Assembly (NCBI GenBank): GCA_965249625.1
Contig: OZ252246.1
Location: 2,258,236-2,322,235 of the forward strand
Reading direction: 5' to 3'
From: Nitrospinales bacterium
Lineage (GTDB): Bacteria > Nitrospinota > Nitrospinia > Nitrospinales > VA-1
Length of the DNA: 64,000 nt
This document shows, piece after piece, positions 44,196-52,980 of the stretch. Position 1 is the first letter of the stretch, and the number at the start of each line of letters is the position of its first letter. The position numbers were made by a program, and so were the translations under genes. Under the pieces are notes generated by a model that was given only the letters and a program-made list of their open reading frames with translations, was not told where the DNA came from and searched no databases.

Positions 44196-45213
44196 ACTCC
44201 ACAGCGTTTCTCAAATCGCCAAATCAAAGGAGCGCGGATGAGAGTTTATGCCCAACTTACCCAAGGACAACGATACCAGATTGAAGCACTCTTAAAAACG
44301 GGTCATAACCAAACAATGATAGCCAAAGTACTTGCCGTCCATAAATCAACGATCAGCCGTGAGATCAGACGTAATCGAGGTCTCCGTGGTTACCGGCCAA
44401 AACAAGCCCAGGAGAGGACTATGATGCGCCGTTTAATTAAATCCGTACCCCGCATCGGTTTTTCTACCTGGACCCTGGTAGACTCCCTGATCAAACAAGA
44501 CTGGAGCCCGGAACAGGTCTCAGGCCGTTTGTTCAAAGAACAAGGCATTTCGATCAGCCACGAGTGGATTTACCTCCATATTTACCAGAATAAACGACAA
44601 GGCGGTGATCTTCATAATCACCTGCGTTGCCAGAAAAAACGCCGCAAACGTTACCGCAAACAAGACCGCCGGGGGCGCATTCCCAACCGCATCAGCATTG
44701 ATAAACGCCCGGCTATCGTTAACAATAAATCCAGGACCGGCGACTGGGAAGGCGATCTCATCATTGGACACGGACACCGGGGTGTCATCGCCACTCTGGT
44801 AGAACGCAAAACCAAATATACGGTTTTGGCCAAATCAAGCACCAAACAAGCCCGGTCGGTACGCCAAACCATCGAACAAGGACTTATGCCTCATAGAAAC
44901 AGGGTTCACACAATCACCTATGACAACGGGCTGGAGTTTGCCGAACACCAGAAAATGGCGCAATCCCTGTCCGCTAATATCTACTTTGCCCATCCTTATT
45001 CTTCTTGGGAACGGGGCCTGAACGAAAACACCAATGGACTCATTCGACAATATTTACCGAAATCACAGCCCCTGAATAACATCACCCAAAAGAAACTGGG
45101 CACCATCATGCATCAACTCAATCACCGACCCAGAAAAACACTCGACTTTAAAACACCCTATGAACTATTCTTCAAAAAATAAACTTTACTAACTGTTGCA
45201 CTTACTAGTTGAA
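44144..45213 (+). mobile_element. IS30-family insertion sequence (1070 bp)
   Basis: Imperfect 19-bp inverted repeats TTCAAGTTGTAAGTGCAAC (44144-44162) / GTTGCACTTACTAGTTGAA (45195-45213), 17/19 matched; one transposase ORF. Confidence 0.75.
44238..45182 (+). CDS. IS30-family transposase
   Basis: N-terminal HTH (LTQGQRYQIEALLKTGHNQTMIAKVLAVHKSTISREIRRN) and DDE core (GDWEGDLI, ITYDNGLEFAEH, SWERGLNENTNGLIRQYLPK). Confidence 0.9.
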   Translation: MRVYAQLTQGQRYQIEALLKTGHNQTMIAKVLAVHKSTISREIRRNRGLRGYRPKQAQERTMMRRLIKSVPRIGFSTWTLVDSLIKQDWSPEQVSGRLFKEQGISISHEWIYLHIYQNKRQGGDLHNHLRCQKKRRKRYRKQDRRGRIPNRISIDKRPAIVNNKSRTGDWEGDLIIGHGHRGVIATLVERKTKYTVLAKSSTKQARSVRQTIEQGLMPHRNRVHTITYDNGLEFAEHQKMAQSLSANIYFAHPYSSWERGLNENTNGLIRQYLPKSQPLNNITQKKLGTIMHQLNHRPRKTLDFKTPYELFFKK

Positions 45214-45431
45214 TCCACCCTTTATAGATTGATGACTTGCTGGCATTTACAGTTGCCTTGGTGTTCCATGCATAAAAATTATTCCTCGGTGGTTCACTTA
45301 TCCTTCTTATCCTTGGGGGGTGGAAAATTTTTGGAAGAACCAAAACATTTACCCACATTGAACAACAACCCCAACAACAGGAAAACGAATAAAATTCCAT
45401 ACAGCATATAATTTTCATCAGTGGGTTGCAT

Positions 45432-46103
45432 TTATCTTGCCTCAATCAGAACAATATTATTTCTCGATTTTGAAATGAACGCATCTCTCGAAAGGTTCTC
45501 AACCGGATGAGAGACTTCATCAATTCTACCCGCCTTCATGGCTTTTTCCAACAACAATGCCGGGATAGCAAAATGATGCGAAGCCTCCACTGGAAACGCG
45601 GCTTTGGCATGTGCCTCCAACAACACCATTCCCACCACCTCATGCTGGGAGTTGAACAATGGACTCCCACTATGCACCGGGTCAAGGGCCATATTTAATC
45701 CGATCAGCATAGATGAGGTATCGGTGGATCCTTCGATTAAAACATGCTGGTCTTCCAGCGTGTTGGTCCACGGGTATCCCAATGTGAATACCGGCTCGCT
45801 TCGCGGCCCCAATCCTTTTGCGTTCACCACTAGAGGCAGGCGCTTTACCTTCGGCATTTCATTCAATCTCAATATCGCCAAGTTGCTGGCAGGATCGAGA
45901 AACATTACCTCCGCTTGAATATCATCTTCGTTGGGGAATTTGACATTCAGAACTCCCGCTTCTTTCACCAGATCATGATAGGTGAATACATGCATCCCAT
46001 CACCAACGAGGAACCCTGAGCCCAACCGGGTCACAGGCGTGGTGAAGGTCAGAAAGACCAACAGAAACCCAAGAAGAACTAACGCACCCATTGCCTTGAT
46101 CAT
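45432..46103 (-). CDS. Trypsin-like serine protease (membrane-anchored or secreted)
   Basis: GSGFLVGDGMHVFTYHDLV (His region) and DPVHSGSPLFN (GDSGGP-like Ser region); ATG at 46103 has a GAGGA SD, preferred over the TTG at 46130. Confidence 0.7.
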   Translation of the reverse strand: MIKAMGALVLLGFLLVFLTFTTPVTRLGSGFLVGDGMHVFTYHDLVKEAGVLNVKFPNEDDIQAEVMFLDPASNLAILRLNEMPKVKRLPLVVNAKGLGPRSEPVFTLGYPWTNTLEDQHVLIEGSTDTSSMLIGLNMALDPVHSGSPLFNSQHEVVGMVLLEAHAKAAFPVEASHHFAIPALLLEKAMKAGRIDEVSHPVENLSRDAFISKSRNNIVLIEAR

Positions 46104-46357
46104 TTTTTCCTCAATTTCCCACTGACACAATAGTTGTGGAATCCACCCGGAATGCTATCCCGAAGCTCATAGAATCCAAAAATTATTTAAAATTTTCTTG
46201 TTCCCTTATTTTGCAATACCATATAGAATGTCTTTCTTTAGCAAAATATAAAGGAAATATCCATACGTTTCCCATTACATAGAGCCTTATAATACATTGT
46301 CTTGTGGCTCCCGTGGCGGTGGGTTAAAAACCTGCCGATCACCCCAACTGTTTATAT

Positions 46358-46434
<77 letters not shown>

Positions 46435-46568
46435 TTACCAAGGGTAGGGCCAGTTGTGAAGCACGGCTTTACCTGCATTAAACTGGCAACTGCCCTGTTG
46501 GGCTATCGTAAAAGGTTCAGGCTAAAAAATGATTTGCCTTGGGCGACCCAAAAAGTAAGGAGAGGATT

Positions 46569-47348
46569 ATGTTTAATCTAAAAATAAGATACCTGATCAT
46601 TCTGACTGCAACAGCAACTCTGTTCTTCAGTCAAAACACTCTGGCGGCAACCGGAATGGACTCCATCGGCACCGGCAGTGCCGGCAGTTATAGTCATGGA
46701 GAGCAAAAAGGTGCGGGCAGTAAAACCAAAACAATGCCCCACCATATTATCGGAAGCAAAGGCCCTCATATATCTGGAAACAGTAGTCATCGTAAAGCGG
46801 AAGGAAGCGGCTCTAAAAAATCCTATTCTTATCGTGGAAAGGAAGGGCACGGCTATAGCCATAAAAAGTCAGAGGGCAGCGGCTCAAAATCCTATTCCCA
46901 TCATAGAAAATCAAAGGGACATAGCTACAAAAAGTCCGAAGGAAGTTCGCACCATGCCCGATCCGGTCACGGTTATAAAAAAAGTTCACATGGAAGCCAT
47001 GGCGGTCACACCAGCAAATGCCCGTTCACCCATTTACTACGCTTCAAGGGTAAACTGGGCCTGACCAAAGCCCAGGTGGCGGAAGTCAAGAGACTGCGAT
47101 TTGAATACCGGAAGAAAAGCATTCGCAACAAGGCCGATCACAAAATTGCGCATATGGAGTTTAACAGACTGGTCCATGCTGAGAAGGTAAATGCCCAAGC
47201 CATCCGATCAGCGGCTGGGAAAATTGCCGCGACCAAAACTCAAATGATAATGGCCACGGCAGAAGCAAAAATCGCTTTGCTCAACCTGCTGACTGAAGAA
47301 CAGCGGAAAAAAACTCACGCCATGCATTCGGCTCATTCCTCTCGCTGA
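46569..47348 (+). CDS. Periplasmic Spy/CpxP-family (LTxxQ) protein with a His/Ser/Gly/Lys-rich repeat region
   Basis: AAGGAG SD, signal peptide, LTKAQVAEVKRL and LTEEQRKK motifs in the helical C-terminal half; the N-terminal half has degenerate repeats GSGSK(K)SYS..K..GH.Y.KKSEG. Confidence 0.7.
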   Translation: MFNLKIRYLIILTATATLFFSQNTLAATGMDSIGTGSAGSYSHGEQKGAGSKTKTMPHHIIGSKGPHISGNSSHRKAEGSGSKKSYSYRGKEGHGYSHKKSEGSGSKSYSHHRKSKGHSYKKSEGSSHHARSGHGYKKSSHGSHGGHTSKCPFTHLLRFKGKLGLTKAQVAEVKRLRFEYRKKSIRNKADHKIAHMEFNRLVHAEKVNAQAIRSAAGKIAATKTQMIMATAEAKIALLNLLTEEQRKKTHAMHSAHSSR

Positions 47349-47376
47349 AAACAAGGAATGTATTAAAAGAATTTTT

Positions 47377-47454
<78 letters not shown>

Positions 47455-47765
47455 TTACTCACCGTAGGGGCAACGGGCAACACCTCGTTTTACTTCATAC
47501 AGTGACGGCACAGCAAAAAGCTAAAAATTTTGCCTGCCATGTAATGGCCGTGCCGTTGGACCCAATAAGAAACATCTTCATTGGGTTCAGCGGTTTTTCT
47601 TCATACTCTCCTCCGGGCGTGGTCCTGTCGCAGGTGGGATTTTGTAAAAAAAATTTCCCGCACCCTAAAGTTCCGTAAAAACTTCTGTACAAATTCCCGC
47701 TTCAAAAACAGGGTCCCTGGTTTCTTGGGCTGAGACAATTTTTTGCTAGCCTTCTATAGCTATTG

Positions 47766-48212
47766 TTAGTTAGCTCCACGCTGAGTGGTGACAGATTCGC
47801 AAAGCGGGATGCTTTGGGTGGGCTCGTTCAGAATCAAGGCAACGGTCGAAGTGCGAAATAGTTCTTCTATCATGTCAATCGAATCATTGACCCGTTTATG
47901 CAGTCGGCAAAGATGGGTGCCATGGGTTTTCAGTTTCAAGGGACAACTCTTTATATGTTTGATGGGGTCCACCGCGTTGATAACATTCAGCAATGGTAGG
48001 TCTTCAGGGTCGTGCGCCAGCACATAACCCCCATGCAGACCTTTCTTGGAAAAAACCACCTCGTGCTTGGCCAGAGCCAGCAAAACCTTGGACAAATAAT
48101 GCTCGGGAACCTTGGTCCACTTGGCAATTTCCGCTGTGGTGTGAGGCTTATCCGGATTCTGGGCCAGACAAACCACGGCCCGCAAAGCATATTCTGAAGT
48201 CTGGGAAATCAT
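47766..48212 (-). CDS. Rrf2-family transcriptional regulator (NsrR-like), divergent from nirK
   Basis: MISQTSEYALRAVVCLA...TTAEIAKWTKVPEHYLSKVLLALAK; three Cys in the C-terminal half (CPLKLKTHGTHLC plus a later C-terminal CES Cys) as in Fe-S Rrf2 regulators. Confidence 0.85.
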   Translation of the reverse strand: MISQTSEYALRAVVCLAQNPDKPHTTAEIAKWTKVPEHYLSKVLLALAKHEVVFSKKGLHGGYVLAHDPEDLPLLNVINAVDPIKHIKSCPLKLKTHGTHLCRLHKRVNDSIDMIEELFRTSTVALILNEPTQSIPLCESVTTQRGAN

Positions 48213-48226
48213 AGTGCCTCTTTAAT

Positions 48227-48240
48227 AGATAAATTTATCT
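48227..48240. promoter_or_regulatory. 14-bp perfect palindrome, candidate Rrf2/NsrR operator
   Basis: AGATAAATTTATCT abuts or overlaps a TTGACA box; a second related inverted repeat AAAGATAAA-N7-TTTTATCTT lies at 48280-48304. Confidence 0.45.
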
Positions 48241-48268
48241 TGACACCTACTTTAACATATCATATCTT
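48240..48268 (+). promoter_or_regulatory. Candidate sigma-70 promoter of nirK
   Basis: TTGACA (48240-48245), 17-nt spacer, TATCTT (48263-48268). Confidence 0.4.
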
Positions 48269-48437
48269 GGTCTTAAATAAAAGATAAACATATCCTTTTA
48301 TCTTATATATGGCTTTTTGTCCGGATCCGGTTCTTTTTCAAGCCTTGGGTCGGCCACAGAAGATTTCGGGATACGCAGAGATTTTTTAATCCACACCAAC
48401 CTATTTCAGTAACTGGATTTTTAACACTTTAGGAGGA

Positions 48438-49421
48438 TTGCAAATGAAAAAACTAACAAGTGCTTTAGTCGCGTTTGCCCTGGTTGCCGGGTTCGGTGCC
48501 ACTGCGGCTTTCGCCGGAGTCATGGCGATACTGACCCACGCCCCCAACGTTCCGCCCGCCACAAAGCGCGGAGCCGATACCGTTGTGATCCATTTAGAAG
48601 CCAAAGAATATGTAGGTGATCTGGCTGATGGCGTGAAATATAGTTTCTGGAGTTTTGGCGGAACCGTTCCAGGTCCCATGGCACGACTCCGCGTGGGTGA
48701 CAGCATTGAGTTCCACTTGTCCAACGCCAAAGGTAACACCCAACCTCACAACATCGACATCCACGCTGTCAACGGACCCGGCGGTGGTGCTGATTTCACT
48801 ACGGTGGACCCCGGAGAAGAGAAAGTTTTTACCTTCAAGGCCAAGGCAGCCGGACTTTTTATCTACCATTGCGCGGCCGGTTCCATTGTCGACCATATCT
48901 CCAACGGTATGTATGGCCTGATTCTGGTCGAGCCGGAAAGCGGGCTTTCAAAGGTTGACCGGGAATATTATGTTATGGAAAGTGAGTTTTTCACCGGAGA
49001 ACCGGAAAATGGCGTCGCTCCATTTGATATTCAAAAGGGACTTGACGAACACCCCACCTATGTCGTCTTTAACGGCAAAGAAGGCGGATTGCTCGGCGAC
49101 AATGCTCTGAAAGCCAAAGTTGGTGAAACAGTGAGAATCTATTTTGGCAACATTGGACCCAACGGCATTTCTTCTTTTCATATCATTGGAGAAATCTTCG
49201 ACAAGGTCTACAAAGAAGGAGGAATTGGTGGTCCGAGCAGCAAGAACATTCAAACCACTCTGGTGCCTTCTGCCGGCGCAACAATTGTCGAGTTCAAAGT
49301 CGATACACCGGGAACTTATGCTCTGGTTGACCACAGCATCTATCGGGTCGCCAAAGGCGCCATCGGACATCTGGTGGTAGAAGGAGACCAGAACCTGGAA
49401 GTCGCCCGCCAGGGAAAATAA
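48438..49421 (+). CDS. nirK: Copper-containing nitrite reductase NirK
   Basis: Signal peptide; two cupredoxin domains with HNIDIHAVNGPGGGA, FIYHCAAGSIVDHISNGMYG (type-1/type-2 Cu ligand regions), ALVDHS. Confidence 0.85.
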   Translation: MQMKKLTSALVAFALVAGFGATAAFAGVMAILTHAPNVPPATKRGADTVVIHLEAKEYVGDLADGVKYSFWSFGGTVPGPMARLRVGDSIEFHLSNAKGNTQPHNIDIHAVNGPGGGADFTTVDPGEEKVFTFKAKAAGLFIYHCAAGSIVDHISNGMYGLILVEPESGLSKVDREYYVMESEFFTGEPENGVAPFDIQKGLDEHPTYVVFNGKEGGLLGDNALKAKVGETVRIYFGNIGPNGISSFHIIGEIFDKVYKEGGIGGPSSKNIQTTLVPSAGATIVEFKVDTPGTYALVDHSIYRVAKGAIGHLVVEGDQNLEVARQGK

Positions 49422-49450
49422 GCAAGCGTTACCTTCCTGAAAAAAAACCG

Positions 49451-49485
49451 GGGCGGAAGCAGGATGCTTCCGCCCTTCTGGTTTT
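49451..49485 (+). terminator. Rho-independent terminator after nirK
   Basis: GGGCGGAAGC (49451-49460) / GCTTCCGCCC (49466-49475) perfect 10-bp stem followed by TTCTGGTTTT. Confidence 0.7.
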
Positions 49486-49638
49486 CCCTCATCACGCATT
49501 ATTTATAATTCCAATGCCTTCGCAAATTTCCTTTGTAAGGAAACTACTAATCGATAGACATTGCACATAAGTGCGTTATGCAGTAAATTCTACTCTAAGA
49601 TTCTCATAAGCCCTGATTCTGAAACTAGAGGTTCGTTC

Positions 49639-51279
49639 ATGAAAGCATCTGACCTTTTTATCCGTTCCCTCGAACAAGAGGGTGTGGAGTATATTTTTGG
49701 CATTCCCGGAGAGGAGAATCTTGATTTTCTCGAATCGATGAGAGGTTCCAAAATCAAACTGATTCTCACCCGCCACGAGCAGGGTGCCGGGTTCATGGCC
49801 GCCACTTATGGAAGGCTGACCGGAAAAGTTGGAGTCTGTCTTTCTACATTAGGACCCGGAGTGACCAATTTTGTAACATCAGGTGCTTACGCACAATTGG
49901 GGGCCATGCCTATTCTCATGATATCCGGTCAGAAGCCCATTAAAAAAAGTAAGCAGGGGCGTTTCCAGATCATCGACGTTGTGGAAATGATGCGGCCCCT
50001 CACCAAGTTCACCAAACAGATCGTGCATGGAAACAATATCCCCGTGCTGATTCATGAAGCCATGCGCATAGCCCGGGAAGAAAGGCCGGGCGCGGTGCAT
50101 TTAGAGTTGCCGGAAGATATCGCCGCCGAAGAGTGCTCTACCGTTCCTTTCGAAACCGTTACCACCCGAAGACCGCAGTCTGATGAAAAGGCGCTTGATA
50201 AAGCGGTAGAAATGATCGGCGCAGCAAAACATCCACTTTTGCTCATTGGTGCCGGGGCTAACCGCAACCGCACCTGCGGTGCCTTGACTAAACTCATCAA
50301 GAAGACCGGCATATACTGCTTCAACACCCAGATGGGTAAAGGCGTAGTGGATGAAAGCCACCCCCGCTTTCTCGGCACCGCCGCGCTTTCCAGCAAGGAC
50401 TACCTGCACTGCGCCATCGACCACGCCGACCTGATCATCAATGTCGGACACGATGTCATTGAAAAACCACCCTTCTTTATGTCCGCAGGCGGAGCCAAGG
50501 TGGTTCACATCAATTATTTTTCTTCCAATGTCGATGAAGTTTATTTCCCGCAACTGGATGTCGTCGGCGACATCGCCGGAAGCATTGACAGGCTGGCCGA
50601 CAAACTGGAAAAATGTGCGGACTGGGACTTCAGCTATTTCAAGCGGGTCAAAACCGAAGTTGAGTTACATTTAAAAGAGAGAAGTGAAGATGCCCGTTTC
50701 CCAGTCATTCCCCAGCATCTTGTCGCGCAAGTTCGGCAGGCCATGCCAGATGATGGCACCATTGCTCTCGATAACGGTGTCTACAAAATCTGGTTCGCCC
50801 GCAATTATAAAGCCTACCGGCCTAATACCGTTTTGCTGGATAATGCCCTGGCCACTATGGGAGCCGGCCTGCCATCGGCGATAGGGGCTAAAATTGTTCA
50901 TCCTGATAGAAAAGTGATGGCGATTTGCGGTGATGGCGGCTTCATGATGAATTCTCAGGAAATGGAAACCGCTGTTCGACTGGGGTTAAATCTTGTCGTG
51001 ATGATCCTCCGCGACGACGCCTATGGAATGATCAAATGGAAACAGGCCGGAATGGGTTTCCCAAATTTTGGTTTGGACTATGGCAATCCTGATTTTGTTA
51101 AGTACGCCGAGTCCTACGGTGCCCAAGGGCACCGCCTGAAAGCCACCGACCAATTGCCGACGCTTCTCAACGAGTGCCTCAATGCCAAAGGGGTGCAACT
51201 GATCGAAGTTCCGATAGACTATTCGGAAAATGAAAAGGTATTGATTGACGAACTGAACGCAAGAACCTGCATTCTGTAA
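49639..51279 (+). CDS. Thiamine-pyrophosphate enzyme, acetolactate synthase (AlsS)-like
   Basis: IFGIPGEENLDFL, TLGPGVTNFVT, LATMGAGLPSAIGA, CGDGGFMMNSQEMET; ATG at 49639 with an AGAGG SD. Confidence 0.85.
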   Translation: MKASDLFIRSLEQEGVEYIFGIPGEENLDFLESMRGSKIKLILTRHEQGAGFMAATYGRLTGKVGVCLSTLGPGVTNFVTSGAYAQLGAMPILMISGQKPIKKSKQGRFQIIDVVEMMRPLTKFTKQIVHGNNIPVLIHEAMRIAREERPGAVHLELPEDIAAEECSTVPFETVTTRRPQSDEKALDKAVEMIGAAKHPLLLIGAGANRNRTCGALTKLIKKTGIYCFNTQMGKGVVDESHPRFLGTAALSSKDYLHCAIDHADLIINVGHDVIEKPPFFMSAGGAKVVHINYFSSNVDEVYFPQLDVVGDIAGSIDRLADKLEKCADWDFSYFKRVKTEVELHLKERSEDARFPVIPQHLVAQVRQAMPDDGTIALDNGVYKIWFARNYKAYRPNTVLLDNALATMGAGLPSAIGAKIVHPDRKVMAICGDGGFMMNSQEMETAVRLGLNLVVMILRDDAYGMIKWKQAGMGFPNFGLDYGNPDFVKYAESYGAQGHRLKATDQLPTLLNECLNAKGVQLIEVPIDYSENEKVLIDELNARTCIL

Positions 51280-51379
51280 GCTCGGCGTAGCTGACAATGT
51301 GATGCTAACAACCCCTCCGGGATACGAAGGATATCGCGCAGGCAGAAAAACAAATTCCTCCTACCCTTTTCGTAGAAAG

Positions 51380-51724
51380 ATGAGCTTCAATAAAGCAAAA
51401 AATATAGATATGAACTACAACGAAAACATAGAAGATTCATTTCCCTTGATGGTTATGGAAAGCTCCGAACATTCCTCTAACCAGTGCGTGTTTCGTGATG
51501 ATGAAGCAGGGGCCTGGTTATATCAATCAAATTGTCTGGAGTTTATGAATAAGCTGATCGACAAATATCCAAATGGGAAATTTGACATGATCTTCGCAGA
51601 TCCGCCTTACTTTCTTTCAAATGGAGGCATAAGCTGTCATGCAGGGAAAATGGTTAAGGTTGATAAAGGGCAGTGGGTTACGGAAACTAGCAGCCTTTCC
51701 AAAACAGGGCGGAACACAAGATAA
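51380..51724 (+). pseudogene. N-terminal fragment of an N4/N6 DNA methyltransferase (DPPY class)
   Basis: FDMIFADPPYFLSNGGISCHAGKMVKVDKGQW is catalytic motif IV of beta-class MTases; the ORF ends about 20 codons later without an AdoMet-binding FxGxG region; start uncertain. Confidence 0.6.
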
Positions 51725-52440
51725 TGAAACAACATGAACAACTGATTGAGGTGATGACAAGTCTCGGTGGTTTCGCCACTTTTGGACAATTATATCAGCA
51801 CACGGATGTTACAAATTGGAAAACGAAAACGCCTTACGCCTCCATAAGAAGAATCGTTCAGGATGAAAGGTTCTTTTTCAGTATAAAACCCGGATTGTGG
51901 GGACTACGGTCTCACAAGAACAAATTGCCCGACCATGTTAATTTCAAAGACGATATTAGTAATAAACAGCGTGAGGAGTATGACCACTATTATTATCAAG
52001 GACTGTTATTGCAAATTGGAAACCTTACCAATTACGGCACATTTGCTCCTCACCAGGACAAGAATAAAAAATTTCTGAGCAGTACGATTGGCAAAATCAG
52101 GACGATGCCCGAGATTTACCAGTTCGGCTACCCTAATTTCGTCAACCACATGAAAACTATTGATGTTTCGTGGTTCAATTCGCGAGAAATGCCCGTGTGC
52201 TTATTCGAGGTTGAACATTCAACGTCAATGGACAGGTCTCTCATAAAATTCAATGAGTTGGCGGATTTCAATGTACATTGCTTTATCGTTGCCGATAAAT
52301 CAAGAAAGAAAGAGTTCGACTCCAAAATGGAGTTACATACATTTGAAGAATTAGAGAACAGGGTTGTATTTTATGACTATGAAAGACTGTCAAAATGGCA
52401 TGCAAGTTGCTCTGAGATCAAAGCGGTTGCCGCGCTTTGA
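51724..52440 (+). CDS. Putative PD-(D/E)xK restriction-endonuclease-like protein with an N-terminal winged-helix region
   Basis: HYYYQGLLLQIGNLTNYG ... IDVSWFNSREMPVCLFEVEHSTSMDRSLIKF ... FIVADKSRKKEF resembles the D...EVE..K core of nuclease partners of MTases (from memory); the start codon (51724) lies inside the MTase fragment's stop (ATAATGA). Confidence 0.5.
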   Translation: MKQHEQLIEVMTSLGGFATFGQLYQHTDVTNWKTKTPYASIRRIVQDERFFFSIKPGLWGLRSHKNKLPDHVNFKDDISNKQREEYDHYYYQGLLLQIGNLTNYGTFAPHQDKNKKFLSSTIGKIRTMPEIYQFGYPNFVNHMKTIDVSWFNSREMPVCLFEVEHSTSMDRSLIKFNELADFNVHCFIVADKSRKKEFDSKMELHTFEELENRVVFYDYERLSKWHASCSEIKAVAAL

Positions 52441-52980
52441 TCTTTTCCATTTTCCCGTACCCCGCTCTAAGCCAGAAACCAGTAATAGACGACAAAATTG
52501 TGTGTCAAATGAAAATGAAATGGGAGCGAGATTATGAAAGAAATTATATTTACCGACAAAGAGATGAACAGCCTTTTTCTGATGGTGAGCTATCTGACAG
52601 ATAGTGAACAAAAAAATTATATGGAAAGCATGATATGTTACGGTGAAGATCATCACAACGAAGACGACCTTGACCATATTTATATACATACGAAGCAAAT
52701 AGAACAAGTGCTAATAAAACAAACCGCAAACCTGTGATTTCAAGCGAAAACAATATCTCAAACTAGTATCTCCATTGGGACTAAAAGTTGAATATGTCTT
52801 GAACGACTGGTTCAAAGACCCATGATATAAAGATGTCTAGACTACACTCACAGCGTGAATTGTCACTACAAGTTTAATGAATTGCCATTAGCATGGCTTG
52901 GGTTACCGGCTGATTAGCCTGAAATGATAATATCAACCCGCATTAATCCGCATAGACCCAATTCTAATGGGAAAGACTCC

